Shown in pieces: positions 1 to 14,946 of a DNA stretch of 64,000 nt. The translations under genes and the position numbers were made by a program. A model generated the notes under the pieces. It ran no database searches. It was not told where the DNA came from and saw nothing but the letters and a program-made list of their open reading frames with translations. The stretch is taken from positions 72,788,001 through 72,852,000 of the forward strand of contig OZ024740.1 in assembly GCA_964016885.1 (NCBI GenBank). Direction: 5' to 3'. Origin of the DNA: Eledone cirrhosa. Its lineage: Eukaryota. Each line of letters starts with the position of its first letter. Positions within the stretch are counted from its first letter, which is position 1.

Positions 1-70
1 TCTTCTTTATTGCAATTCTGTTCCTTTGACATGCAACACAACAGATAGAGGACGGTACAAACATCCCTGG

Positions 71-182
<112 letters not shown>

Positions 183-341
183 TGTGTGTATGTGTATATA
201 TATATTTGCAGACCCCTGCAAGTGGATTTTGTCGATTTCGGATTTACAGAAACCTAGCGGAGATATTATAGATTATATGTGATGTATATTATATGGTATA
301 TAGTATGTGTTGTGTATGATGTCGACGTGATGGTCCAGGTT

Positions 342-550
342 AGTCAAAAATGTTTTCCTGAGTCCAGTCTTTTTCGTGGCTATGGTCACTGCGGCCCTTC
401 TATCTGTCGTTGTCTTCATTTTGCAAAGCTGTCTAAACGTAATGTTATAACTCTAGGGTTATATACCCTATTGAGTGCTTAGCTGCACACCGAGACTACA
501 TTCGTTAGCTTGGCTGCAACCAGAGCTTCGTTGATGCTGTACTAAATTTT
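342..550. repeat. Interspersed repeat, inverted copy at about 11000-11200
   Basis: GCAAAGCTGTCTAAACGTAATGTTATAACTCT...GCAACCAGAGCTTCG is present in both orientations. Both copies are adjacent to family C hammerhead pieces. Confidence 0.8.
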
Positions 551-586
551 ATATATATATATATATTTATTAAAATAACAGATTAA

Positions 587-637
587 AGTTTAAGCAAAGA
601 ATCGCAGCTTTCACCCTTAACGGGATCTTCTGAAACT
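587..637 (-). ncRNA. Hammerhead motif, family C copy
   Basis: Near-identical to 9100-9150. Confidence 0.6.
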
Positions 638-660
638 TTAGTCTTCAAATTTATTATTAT

Positions 661-703
<43 letters not shown>

Positions 704-1058
704 TATTCGTAAAATTTGAGTACTCTCAATGCGAAAGGTAGCCGTTACCAGCTGTATACTATTTGCGTAGCAAAATATTTGGGTTAAAATATAACCACAA
801 ATCGAACGGAGAGCGTGAGGGAGAGAGGGAGAGAGAAAGAGATATGAGGGGGTTATAGAGAGAGGAGAGAAAGAGAGATGAGGAATGAGGGAAGTATATA
901 TATATATATATATAGAAAGAGAGAGAGAGAGGAGGAGGGGAGAAAAGTGGACCAGAACGATGGGGAGTTGGATAGAAAGATCGAGTGAAAGATTAACAAG
1001 AACAAGGTACTTAACGTTATTTGGATAGATCATCAGCCCCCTATCAATATATATTTTC

Positions 1059-1365
1059 CTAGGGCGGGTAAAATTCCCGAGATCCATGGACAAGTTCTCT
1101 CCAGCGGTCTCTGTCCCACATTATCGCTGCCATGTCCTGCGTCCCCAACAGACCAGTGTCTGTCCTTAGGGCATCAACATACGTTAACCTTGGTCTTCCA
1201 CTTCCAGTGTGTCCATGTAGGGGCTCACACAGGAGCACTGAGTGCAATGTCAACCCTGGATGTCGGTCAGCATGTCCAGCTAACCCCAATCTCCTCTGTG
1301 TCACTTTTGAGCTGACTTTTGGGAGCTCCCATACAGCTCTGAGTTTTTCATCCTCAGTGTATACT
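1059..1365 (-). mobile_element. RTE-clade LINE 3' fragment
   Basis: QRRLGLAGHADRH...GRPRLTYVDALRTDTG...DRDRWRELV matches the C-terminal motif pattern of RTE-clade ORFs. Confidence 0.8.
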
Positions 1366-1393
1366 AATTAATCAATATATACATATATATATA

Positions 1394-3054
<1,661 letters not shown>

Positions 3055-3866
3055 TATATATATATTTGTAGTAAGGTTGCTTGGATGCGTCCATAGGCGG
3101 TATGCCAGTTGAGCACTCTATGCTCCTTCGGAGCAGAGTATAATAATATGGAAAACGAAGAATCAGTGATGCATCGGAACACAATTTATTAACGTATTAC
3201 AATTGTTTCTCCGGCGAACAGCTCGAGGTGCGATCTGTTTGTGGATCGAACCTGACTCAAGTTCCTCAAATACGTCTAGTGATTTCGAAGCAATACATAT
3301 ATAATCGTTTAATGGTTAGGGTGTACGGCTCAGGATTGTTATGTCCTGACTTGAATTCCCGACAGCGTGTTGTGTCCTTGAGCAAGACACTTTATTTCAC
3401 TTTGCACCAGGCAAAAATGAGTTGCACCTATAATTCAAATGGTTAAACTTATGACACTGGATCTTCCTGAGAATTACATTAGGAGTACACGTGTCTGTAG
3501 AATACACCTTTGTTAATACTCACTTTCACGTTAATTCATCGAAAAACTGGAACACTCGTCGTCGGAACCGACGGAGATCCAAGCATAACAAATGAAAAAA
3601 TAAATAACAACAGTGAAAGGTGTGTGTGTGTGTGGGGGGGGGGGGGTAGTGTCATCATGGAAGGTAGAAGAAAGGAAAGAAAGGGAAGGAATTAGAAGAA
3701 GGATGAGGGGGAATAGATTAGAATAGGTAGGGGGAGGAGAAAGAGTAATAGGAGAGGAGAGAGAGAGATTAGAAGAGACATAGAGAGTAAAAAAAGAGAG
3801 GAGAGAGGAGAGATAGATTAGAAGAGATAGAAGGAAGAGAGAGAGAGAGAGAGAGTGAGAGAGAGA

Positions 3867-3929
<63 letters not shown>

Positions 3930-4165
3930 GAATAGGGGTAAAAGAAAAGGGAAAATATTGAAGAAGAAGTAGGGTGGAGCTCGTCAAATCGGACCGAGGA
4001 AACAATGTTTCCACTGGTCTTTCCAATTGCTAATACTATCTGTCGGCTGCAAATCCAGGCAGAAGGAGCAACGTGAAATAAAGTGTCTTACATAACGCAT
4101 CACCCGGTCTGGGAATCGAACTCACAACCTCACGATTGCGAATCCATTCTTTAACCACTCAGTTG

Positions 4166-4230
<65 letters not shown>

Positions 4231-4371
4231 ATATATGATTTCCTTCGAATGAAGCAGTTTTAGTCCTGTAGAAGCCATTTCTATATTAGAATTTATACTT
4301 TGCTATGTATTAAGTACCTTACTTACTGTGGCTAACCCCGATTGAACCCAGGATACAAATACATACACACA

Positions 4372-4509
<138 letters not shown>

Positions 4510-4744
4510 CTGTATATATATATATATATATATACTGTATATATATATATGAGTGTGTGTATATATTACATATAAAACTTTATATACAACTTCATTATTC
4601 GACCACAAATCCGGACACCGCTGGCCTTAAATGATAGCCGCGGAAGAAAATAGATAGATAGATAGATTGGTTGATTGATTGATTGATTGATAGATAGATA
4701 TACATAGATAGATAGCTAGCTAGCTAGCTAGATAGATAGATAAG

Positions 4745-7193
4745 TTTCTTTTATTTGCCACTAGGGCATCAAAAGTGGGACAAGTACAAAGGGGGGAGTT
4801 TACACAAAAAGGCGTCCTCAATAAGGAGGAGGCAATAACAAAATATAAAAATAAAATAAGATATAACAAAAAATAAAATTTTTAACAAAATCCTCAATAG
4901 AGAGGAGGCGCCTTGGGGGGTCGCACACACCCCCGAAAAAAGTGTGCAACCCTTTTCCTCAGGAACACAGAGAGGGGGTGCTCCCTCGTTCCTTCCTCTT
5001 TTCCACCTACAGGCTTATGTAAAGAGAAGGCCCATTCACACGGGCCATTCTCGCCACTTTCGCCCACCTTTCATAAAAACGACTGGGGTGCAGCACCTCT
5101 CTCTCCATCCTGATCCTTCTTCCGAAATGATATCGGAAGAAACGGACCAGTTGTTGGCCAGAGAGAAAGGTGCCTGACCTCAGTCCTTTCAGACGCGTCC
5201 ACCATACAACCTCTTTCGCCATGGCTATTACGCACAGAAACACCGCCTCTGCTTCATCTTTGAAGGGGGGAGGCGGCTTGATCATTACAATAGACTCGGT
5301 GGTCAACCGGATCGGTCCCACCCTTGACAGCAGTTGTTCGACATAGCCCCACAGATCGGCTACGCCCGAGCAGTGTACCAATGCGTGTGCAACGGTTTCC
5401 TCGTCGCACACGCATCTGGGACAGATCTTTTTGGCGGGGTCCCTACCCGGGCGCCCGTGTCTGTAGAGCCTTTCTCGAACGGGTAAAGCCCCTCGGTAGC
5501 ACTGCCAGGCCAGGGACTTCTGGAAGTTGTCCATAGGTCCCGGGCTGAATGTCCTACCGAACAGGCTGGCCAGTTCGTCCTCCTCCATGTCTAGGGCTTC
5601 TCCGAGGGCGTCGTCGCACCTGCTGCGTACCAGCCCTCTATAGAATGTTGCGGTGGAGTCTCCACTGATAACCGGATCCGCCTGCCAGAGGGCGGTGAGC
5701 GCCTGGGCACACTCAGTGTGCCAGGCGCCCAGTTTTCTCGGTCTTTGCTTGACCCAGGATTGCAGCTCGGTGAGTGAGACGAGTCTGGGAAAGGTTCGTC
5801 TCACAAACGAGGCCCACACCGGTTGTCCGGTGAGGAATACGTAGAGGTGCCGTAGCCTTAATGCGTGTTTACGCATCATTAGCCACGACATCCCCAGCCC
5901 TCCTTTCGAAGGGTGTTGACAGCAGATGGATCTCCTCACCATAGGAGCCCGCCTCTTCCAAAGGAATTGGAAGAGCGCGCGCTCCATCTTGGTGAGGGTT
6001 TCCCTTGGGCAGGGCACTACGGTCAGGCGGTAGTAGATGACGGACGCTATATAAGTGTTCGCCACCTCCGCCCGACCTTTCAGGGATAGTTTGCAACTGG
6101 CCCACTTCTGGGTCAGTGCAAACACCCTGTTCGTAACCTCCGCCCAGTTTTTCTCCACCTGGAGGTCCGGTCCGAACCAGACCCCGAGCAACTTCACCGG
6201 GCCCTCCGTCCAGCGTCCGACGACGCCATCAGAGGGCATCGGTCTGCCCCTCCACGTGCCGAGTTGCAAACCGATCGACTTGTCCCGGTTCAGCTTAGCC
6301 CCTGTGAACTTTTCGTACTCCTCCAGTAAGGTGCCGACCGCCTCGATTTCGGAGGCCGTTGACACCATTACTGTCACATCATCGGCGTAGGCTGACACCG
6401 CTTTCCGCAATCCCGGTTCCAAAGGGATGCCCTGCAACAACTCCAACTTCCGCAGTAGTGGCTCGAGAGTCAACACATACAGAAGGGAGGAGAGAGGGCA
6501 CCCTTGTCGGATGGACCGCGCGATTTTGAACGGCTCCGAGAGGTAGCCGTTCACCTTGACCCTAGAGCAGATGCGGCTGCTGTGCATAGCAGTGATCCAG
6601 CCCCTGAAAACGGGTCCGAAGCCTGCCGCCGCTAGCACCGCATCCAGGTAACCATGGTCGACCCTATCGAACGCCTTAGATTGATCCAAGTTGATCAGAG
6701 CCCCACCAAAGCCGGGTTCGTTCCCAACCCTCTCTATGATGTATCGCATGAGGTGGAGGTTGTCATGGATGGACCTGGACGGGATAGCGCATGTCTGCGC
6801 ATCTCCCACCAGGTTGCCCACGACAAGCGCCAACCTCTTTGCTAGCACCTTGGCCAAAATCTGTAACTCTGTATTTAGCAGAGTTATGGGCCTGAAGTTA
6901 CTTATTTCGTCCCCCTTGTTCTCGTCCTTCCTCACTAGCGTGACTACGCCTTTGGTCACAGTACAGGGAATTCTCCCGTTCTGTTGCCAGTTGCAGTAGA
7001 CCGCCTCGAGGAGATCGGGGAACAAGTCCGGCATAGCTAGATATAATTCGTAAGGAAGACCATCGAGACCCGGGGATTTGCGTTTGCCGCATTGGCTCAG
7101 CACGTCCTCTATCTCAGCGGCCGAAATCGGCTCCTCGCAGGACTTCGCCTCCCTGTCCGAGAGGCGCGGCAGGCCGTCGAGGTATGGACCGAA
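4745..7193 (-). mobile_element. Tx1-like LINE inserted in a (GATA)n microsatellite
   Basis: GC-rich RT ORF plus about 260 bp of 3' UTR ending AATAAAAGAAAC. Both flanks are (TAGA)n arrays (about 4650-4742 and 7194-7460). Confidence 0.9.
5007..7193 (-). CDS. Reverse transcriptase ORF2 (5'-truncated) of a Tx1/L1-clade non-LTR retrotransposon
   Basis: Uninterrupted frame of about 730 codons with [38 protein letters not shown] and a C-terminal [14 protein letters not shown] zinc knuckle. The frame stays open upstream of the listed start up to the (TAGA)n junction. No endonuclease domain is present. Confidence 0.95.
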   Translation of the reverse strand, partial: FGPYLDGLPRLSDREAKSCEEPISAAEIEDVLSQCGKRKSPGLDGLPYELYLAMPDLFPDLLEAVYCNWQQNGRIPCTVTKGVVTLVRKDENKGDEISNFRPITLLNTELQILAKVLAKRLALVVGNLVGDAQTCAIPSRSIHDNLHLMRYIIERVGNEPGFGGALINLDQSKAFDRVDHGYLDAVLAAAGFGPVFRGWITAMHSSRICSRVKVNGYLSEPFKIARSIRQGCPLSSLLYVLTLEPLLRKLELLQGIPLEPGLRKAVSAYADDVTVMVSTASEIEAVGTLLEEYEKFTGAKLNRDKSIGLQLGTWRGRPMPSDGVVGRWTEGPVKLLGVWFGPDLQVEKNWAEVTNRVFALTQKWASCKLSLKGRAEVANTYIASVIYYRLTVVPCPRETLTKMERALFQFLWKRRAPMVRRSICCQHPSKGGLGMSWLMMRKHALRLRHLYVFLTGQPVWASFVRRTFPRLVSLTELQSWVKQRPRKLGAWHTECAQALTALWQADPVISGDSTATFYRGLVRSRCDDALGEALDMEEDELASLFGRTFSPGPMDNFQKSLAWQCYRGALPVRERLYRHGRPGRDPAKKICPRCVCDEETVAHALVHCSGVADLWGYVEQLLSRVGPIRLTTESIVMIKPPPPFKDEAEAVFLCVIAMAKEVVWWTRLKGLRSGTFLSGQQLVRFFRYHFGRRIRMEREVLHPSRFYERWAKVARMARVNGPSLYISL

Positions 7194-7194
7194 G

Positions 7195-7260
<66 letters not shown>

Positions 7261-7309
7261 GATAGATAGATAGATAGATTGATAGATATATAGATTGATT
7301 GATTGATTT

Positions 7310-7363
<54 letters not shown>

Positions 7364-7706
7364 TGATTGATAGATATATAGATTGATTGATTGATTTATA
7401 GATAGAGAGATAGAGAGATAGATAGAGAGATAGATAGATAGATAGATAGATAGATTGATAGATCCATACATCCATAAAATAAAATAAAATATGTTCTATA
7501 TATATTATGTATATAAAAGATATATTAGTTTAGCGCTTGATATATTGCACACACACACAACACATACACATATAAATATATATATACATACATAAATATA
7601 CAAACACACACATAACAGCCTATGTGCGCGTTGACATGTATAATACATTATATATTTATATTTATATACACCTGTGTGAGTGAGAGTGAGTGTGTATATA
7701 TATATG

Positions 7707-7740
<34 letters not shown>

Positions 7741-7753
7741 CGTGTGTGTGTGC

Positions 7754-7896
<143 letters not shown>

Positions 7897-9099
7897 GGGG
7901 AAAAAACAGTGACATTTTGTGTTAACGTTCAAGTTCGTTGCAATCAGTTTAAATAATTGCCACCGTTAAAATGACGTTTGTCCATCGTTAAGATGGCGGC
8001 TCATTAATTGTGATACATGAGTATATATATAGATTGAATAAGTCCTGATGTTTATAGAGTGACAAAGACATTAATTGTGATATAGGAGTATTACTAGATT
8101 ACATAAGTCATGAAGTTTATGGAGGAGTCCCAGAGACATTTATTGATTCATCTATTTTAATTTCAGCAAATATTACAGAAATTAATACGTTATTATTAAC
8201 ATAAAAAGTGACATAAATTTCATATGTAAGCATGAAATTCATATATATGTGAGTAATATATATATATATATAGTGAGAGATATAGATATATATATATAAG
8301 CACATAAATACGTTCGCACACACATATACACGACCGCATGCGTGCACACACACATATACCCCCCCCCCCATATATATATATATATATATATATACATTTG
8401 TACGTACATGTATACACAATATATGTAAAGATATATGTATATATATGTGTGTGTGTATACATACCTACACACACAAACATTTATACGTTTTCTTCTTATT
8501 CTCCTACTTATTTCTGTAAAGGTCGTGATGACAGAGCCCCCTGACACACGTTTCAGAGGGTTCTATCAGAAGCAACCGATTCCAAATATCGTTTATTTTA
8601 AATCTTCTAATATACGCTGTTCTGACATAATTTGTTAATTAATTAAGTCATCAAATTATTGCGCAGCATGCAAATTAGACCAACAGTTACGACTATATTC
8701 TACAACCTACCTTATATATGTATGTGTGTGTGCGTGTGCGTGTGGGTGTGTGTGTGTGTAAAAAGTAAACAGAAATAACGACACAATCGGTACAGTATAT
8801 GGAAGGAATATATTAGGTTAATGCTTGAAATAGCAAGAAGAGAGGACGCTAGTCCTTCATCAGAAGAAAGAATGAGAAACAAGATAGATTGAAGGGACGG
8901 GCGGGGTGGAATTGGAAAAAATGTCTTTAGATAAAAATATGTGGTCCATCCATGTTGACATCTCTTGAATATATATATATATATATATAGTAATAATAAT
9001 AAATTAGAAGACTAAAATCCAAAGAGGGCTCGATAAGGATAAATATATATCAAATATATAAGAACCGTAGAGCAAATATTTATTAAAATAACAGATTAA

Positions 9100-9150
9100 A
9101 GTTTAAGCAAAGAATCGCTGCTTTCACCCTTAACGGGATCTTCTGAAACT
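9100..9150 (-). ncRNA. Type I hammerhead ribozyme motif, family C (variant core CAGAAGA)
   Basis: AGTTT-CAGAAGA-TCCC gttaa GGGT-GAAA-GCA..TGC-TT-AAACT, in which helices I, II and III can all pair. Confidence 0.65.
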
Positions 9151-9529
9151 AACAAAGTCAATCTGTAAACGCAGAAGTTGATATTTCAAAAAACGTTGCA
9201 ACCGGAGGAAGACAGGAAGACGATACTTTGGTTCGTGGAAACGTTCCCTGGCTATGCAAATAAGTAATGGTATAAACATAACATATACGTAGCTACCATA
9301 TCAAGACGTAAAATATCCACGTATAGATCGTACTATCCGTTAGGGTATAATGTGGGGCCGTAATCAAGGAAGATTAATCATTTTAAAAGGTATCTATATT
9401 TAAAGTTCTAGTTAAACTTTAATTAGTTACCTACCTAGCTGTGTGTGCTTACACACTTTTACAAATTATTCCCTGTGATTGTCTCATATGTTTATTTTAG
9501 ATATATATATGTCAATCAATTTCTAGTTG

Positions 9530-9595
<66 letters not shown>

Positions 9596-9597
<2 letters not shown>

Positions 9598-10946
9598 TTA
9601 AAACAATGAAATAAAAATTCAAGTCATTAGAAATATACTTCAGTGCTTTACGATCGTTTCTAGGTGATAATAATACATCGTACGCATATTTCGTTATCGA
9701 TCTATGTAGGGTTAGTTACAAAATATCAGATAAGGAATATATTTACTTACATGTATATCATCAGCCGTTGTCAAAAGCAATGAGAATTTTATTCAAAATC
9801 AATAGTAAATTAAGTTCTATGACCTTATTTGGAGGTAGCTGAAGAACAAACCAATCAAATTGTTTTTTTCCCATATGGTGTTAAGATGAAAAATAACTCA
9901 CTTTAGTTGAGGTCATGACCCTTTGAAAGGAATGGTTAAATGGTGTTAAAAATAGAATTACTATAAAGAACCTATGAGGAAAAAGGGTTTGTTATATTGA
10001 TAGTTGAATGTAGATGGTGGAGTGAAGTTTAAAAAGGAATGTAAAAATTAAATGTTGAGTTGTGTTGTATGGAATTTTTAGGTGAATATAAATAAGTAAA
10101 TATAAAATATACAGAGATAAGCAGGATAAATATAGATAGGTAAAGTAATGGTCATAACTAGGAAGGATAGTATATTAAAAGATGAAAATTATAATAAGAT
10201 AATAAAATATAATAATATAATATAATATAATATAATATAATATAATATAGTACGGTATGGTACATTCTATATAGTATAATATAGCGTATGATGCATTGCT
10301 ATTTAGAATGTTTAATTAGGTTTATAGTACTTAAATGTTTTTAGTATACGGTGATTACAAGCTATAATCAGTTCCTGCCTTTTATTCAATAAATCGTCCT
10401 TAGATTTAGTAATTTCCAAGATCTCCCCGGAAAATAATCTGCATTCTCTCCTGTTCCCAAGATATGGAGTTCTTTGCAGAATGGTATCCCACGATAGTTT
10501 GAAATCTATTTTTTTCTTTTTATAGTTATTTACTGCTTCAGCTAAAGATGTGGTGTTAGCTAGTTTAGTATTGTTAAAGCTACTAGAGTGTGCGTAATAT
10601 CTTTTTTTTAAATGTGTTCGATGTAGATCCTATATATGATTTGTTGGAGTCAGTAGTAGACACAGTGCATTTATATATTACATTATTAATCAAACAGTTG
10701 CCATTTAAAGGGCAAACGCTTCTATTTCTGCAATTACAACCATACGTAAGATGGTTGTTGGGGGTACCTACATAATTCTCATTAATCATTGAGCTATTCT
10801 TATTGTAATTAATGTTCTTCAGCTACCTCCAAATAAGGTCATAGAACTCAATTTACTATTGATTTTGAATAAAATTCTCATTGTTTTTGACAACGGCTGA
10901 TGATATACATGTAAGTAAATATATTCTTTATCTGATATTTTGTAAC
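9596..10946 (-). mobile_element. 5'-truncated Penelope-like element with inverted pseudo-LTR
   Basis: 10814-10946 is a near-exact reverse complement of 9715-9847 in the 3' UTR. The 3' end abuts (TA)n at about 9595. Confidence 0.85.
10312..10813 (-). pseudogene. GIY-YIG endonuclease C-terminus of a Penelope-like element (Naiad-like), one frameshift
   Basis: GCNCRNRSVCPLNGNCL..VIY..YIGST..FKK, a frameshift in an A-run, then RYYAHSSSF...CRL...LLNKRQELIIACNHR and stop at 10312. The CxCx5C linker and GIY-YIG motifs are typical of Penelope-like elements. Confidence 0.88.
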
Positions 10947-11200
10947 AATAGACCCCACAATTAACCGTGGATATTTCTGTGTATATATACATATATATAT
11001 AAAATTTAGTACAGCATCATCGAAGCTCTGGTTGCAGCCAAGCTAACGAATGCAGTCGGGGTGTACAGCTAAGTAAGTACTCAATAAGGTATATTACCTT
11101 AGAGTTATAACATTACGTTTAGACAGCTTTGCAAATTGAAGACAGCGACCGATAGGCGAGCCGCGGTGACCAAAGCGGCGGAAAAGGGTGGACTCAGGAA

Positions 11201-11233
<33 letters not shown>

Positions 11234-11333
11234 GAACAGATTAATAATATATATATATATATAAGAACAGTTTAAGCAAAGAATCGCCGCTTTCACCCTA
11301 ATCGAGCCCTCTTCGGATTTTAGTCTTCATATT

Positions 11334-11395
<62 letters not shown>

Positions 11396-11600
11396 CGGAC
11401 ATATATGTGCACTTTGAGTTTGTATTTCTAACGTACACATCTAGTAATACCATTGAATAAGTGACGGCCGGAGCTGTACCGATTCTCTTCGACTAGCTTC
11501 GTAAGCCTATATATATATATTTCTACGGACTAAGAGGAAAAACTGGGTAAATGTTATCTAACTGTTCTTCAAACTTATATTTTTTATATATATATATATA

Positions 11601-11699
<99 letters not shown>

Positions 11700-11835
11700 A
11701 TATATATATATATATACTTATATATATTCTACAATATATACAAGATATTTAGCTTGCAATATATCTTATCTACCTCACTGCTTCTTTCTTCCTGTCTGCA
11801 TATACACACATACACACTCACGCAAACACACACAG

Positions 11836-11881
<46 letters not shown>

Positions 11882-13734
11882 CATACACGCATACACATAC
11901 ATGCATACACACCTACACACACATACACACACACACAAACATACATACGTACACACATACATACATACATACGAAAAGATTTTGTTTGAATATCATAATA
12001 ATTGTAGATAGTTGAAGTTTAGTTTGGAATATTTAATGAATGAAATAAACAGAAAATTACGTAGAGTTCTAAATTTCTTTTCAAGTGAGTAATATAATTA
12101 TGACAATTTTCTGTGATGCCCCCTTCTTGTAGTTTCTCAGGAGTTATAATGAAAGTATAGAGAAATAAAATAACATGTTTACGATCAATTATCGAATAAA
12201 GTTTTAATATTAAACAGCGATAGAAGCGGAAATTTTGTAACAAAACAACAAAAGATATTCCCCGCAATGTAGATAACTATGATATTAATGTATAACTATA
12301 AATAAGGTTTTTACTTTTGGCACAAGGTCAGGAATTACCCCAGAGTATTACTGGTGCTTTATTTTATCGACCCTGTAAGGATGAAAGGCAAAGTTAACCT
12401 GGTGGGATTTGAACTCAAAACGTAAAGGTCCATAACTCCTATGCTGTAAAGCATAAATAATAGTTGAACAAATCGCATAAAGTGCCTCTGGAAATGTAAA
12501 AATGGAGAAAGACACATGCAGGGAATCGAACCAACTCACCTCTAGTATGCCGGGTGACTCTGTTCATTTTTTTCTGTCTCCAGGGGTACTTTACTTGACT
12601 TATTCAACTATTGTTTTATCGAGTCAGATATTATTTTAGTATTCTTCATTGTGACGAGTATATTTCAAAATTTCAAATTTATCAATGTTTTGTAAGTTTA
12701 CCAAATGTTGTTTAACGTTTAATGTCCTGTACGGCAGGAATCCATATTTGCAAGACATTCTTGAAAATTAAAAAAAATGACACTATGACTCCATTACATA
12801 AAAAAATCAATGTATTTACTCTAATACAGAATAATCTACCCACCAGTAAAGATACTATAAACATTTAAATTAACAAACCCTGTTTTCAGATATTTTCTGC
12901 TAAATCATTACAGGATTTTAAGAGTTAAAACATAAAATCTTTACTCCAATACTGTAAATTTTCACAATAATCAAGCCACTACTGAAGATACTCTAAATAC
13001 TCGAATTAACAAAATCTGTTTTAAGTTATTTTCTGCTAAATCATTACAGGATGTTAAGAATCAATAAAACAACTTCAATGTCACGTGATCCAAAGTAAAT
13101 ACTTAATCATTTGAAATGTCTCTTTATGACATGGAACAGGCAAGTTTAAGCTCGACCGTAGGGCTGATATGTTAAATGTACACACACACACACGCATATA
13201 TATATATATATATATATATACACAGTGGGCTTCTATACAGCTTCCGTCTGCGAAATTTCAGTCATATGCCATTTGTCAACCGAATGCAAGTAGAAAACTA
13301 TTTCCTATAGCACCACGCAGTGGGATTGAACCCGAAACCACGTGGCTGCAAAGCTAACGTCTTAACCACATAGTCATATAATATAATAATGTAGTCGCAA
13401 CTATATGACTGTGAATCTATTTTTTCAATACTAAATTATTGAAATATTGAATTAGAGGATTATTGATTTCTTTGACAAAACTCAAGATTAATTTTCTAGT
13501 TGACTGTGAATACATCGGATGGGTGGTGTTAATTTTATCGATCCACGAAGTATGAGAATTAAAATTGATGCTTGCGGGGTTTATTATCAGAACATATAAG
13601 GACAAAACTAAGTGCTACAAGACAAACATTTTATTTTCTGCTCCATCATTTTATGTAAACTTAAATTTCCCGAACTAATGGAAATGAAAAAAAATAAGAA
13701 AGAAAGAAAAAAAGAAATGATATAAAATTCACAC

Positions 13735-14230
13735 CCTATGCATGTTTAGCTGGCCTCGTAAGAGATTATATCTGATAGGAGATTTCTTGGTTGCCTCAAT
13801 GATAAGGCCGCCAGTTCCAGTTCTGCAAGTTTAGCTGGTCCCTTGTGTCAGATATGAGGTTTCTTGGTTGTTCTAATGATAGGGACCGCAGTTCTATCAT
13901 GTTGTTGCCTACCTCTATGCAAGTTTATTTGTTTTTTTATGAGGTTGCGTCTTATAGGAGGTTTCTTGGTTGTTTTAATGTTAGAGGCCCCAGTTCTATC
14001 ATATTGCAATTGTTTCTGATTATCTTTATGAAATGTTTAGCTGGCCTCCTACCAGGTAGTGTCACATAGGAGATTTCTTGGTTGTCTTAATGTTAGAGGC
14101 CCCAGTTCTATCATATTGCAATTGTTTCTGCTTACACATATACAAGTTTAGCTGGCCTCCTACTACGAGGTTGCGTCTCATCGGCGGTTTCTCTGGTGTT
14201 TCGATCATAGGCGCCTCGGCCCTATTATTA
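13735..14230. repeat. Degenerate tandem array of a unit of about 100-120 bp
   Basis: AAGTTTAGCTGGCCTCC...GGAGATTTCTTGGTTG..AATG..CCCAGTTCTATCAT repeats 4-5 times. A solitary copy lies at about 17550-17640. Confidence 0.85.
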
Positions 14231-14504
14231 GGATCAGCCTGACTTGGAGCGCCTAGCTCTAGAACACAACACGCCGCCGAGGCTAAGAATCAAAGCCACG
14301 TGAGTTCAACGCCCTAACAAAGACACACACCTTCACGAACTAATACAGATGTGGAAAAGACAAAAAATAAATTGAAATAAAAAATGAATAAATGGCAGGG
14401 ACAAACGATGAGGAGGGAGGTATACTCTGCACTCTGGGGTGGGACAAGATGGGGAAATAGGGTATCACATCTGAGGAAGACACTGACAAATGATTGAATC
14501 TTAC

Positions 14505-14716
14505 CTCTACCAGGACCGCCCTCTATGAGATCTATGTAGTGTGGTTTGCATAACAAACGGTCGCCACGAAGGGCGAATTCCTCTCCCGTTGACAGTTGAC
14601 GTTTGCAGCTGTCGCATGCAAAGCATGCAATGTGATAGGTGAACTCCCGTGCTTTCCGAACCCAGTCTTTGGCAAAGATCACCCGTAAACATTTTGGGCA
14701 TTTCACACCAAATTCC
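14505..14716 (-). CDS. Awh: Internal coding exon of a LIM-homeobox gene, Arrowhead/Lhx6-Lhx8 subfamily (second LIM domain)
   Basis: Translates as [60 protein letters not shown], a complete LIM zinc finger. DWVRxAR and [11 protein letters not shown] are typical of Awh/Lhx6/8 LIM2. Acceptor TTCTTGCAG|G at 14717/14716 and donor AGAG|GTAAG at 14505/14504. I did not find the LIM1 or homeodomain exons in the window. Confidence 0.92.
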
Positions 14717-14831
14717 CTGCAAGAAATACAAAAGATAAAAGAGATATTATATTAAATATAGTTAAATCATTTTTGAATGTTTAATGGAACATTGGTGAAA
14801 ATATAGAAAGAAAAACAAAGCTTCAAATATC

Positions 14832-14946
14832 TAACAGTGGAACTTTGTCAGTGACCAGATCACTAACAATGGAACTTGGTCAGTGATCAGGTCACTGATA
14901 GTAGAACTATGTCAGTGACCAAGTCACTAACAGTGGAACTTGGTCA
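14832..14946. repeat. 32-bp tandem repeat AACAGTGGAACTTGGTCAGTGACCAGGTCACT
   Basis: About 3.5 copies, starting roughly 115 bp upstream of the LIM exon acceptor. Confidence 0.8.

Noticed and set aside
13735-14230. CRISPR-like repeat-spacer appearance
   Set aside because: The units are degenerate copies along their whole length, there are no unique spacers or cas genes, and the context is eukaryotic.
14314-14504. C-terminal extension of the 130-aa LIM ORF
   Set aside because: It is read-through into the intron past the GTAAG donor.
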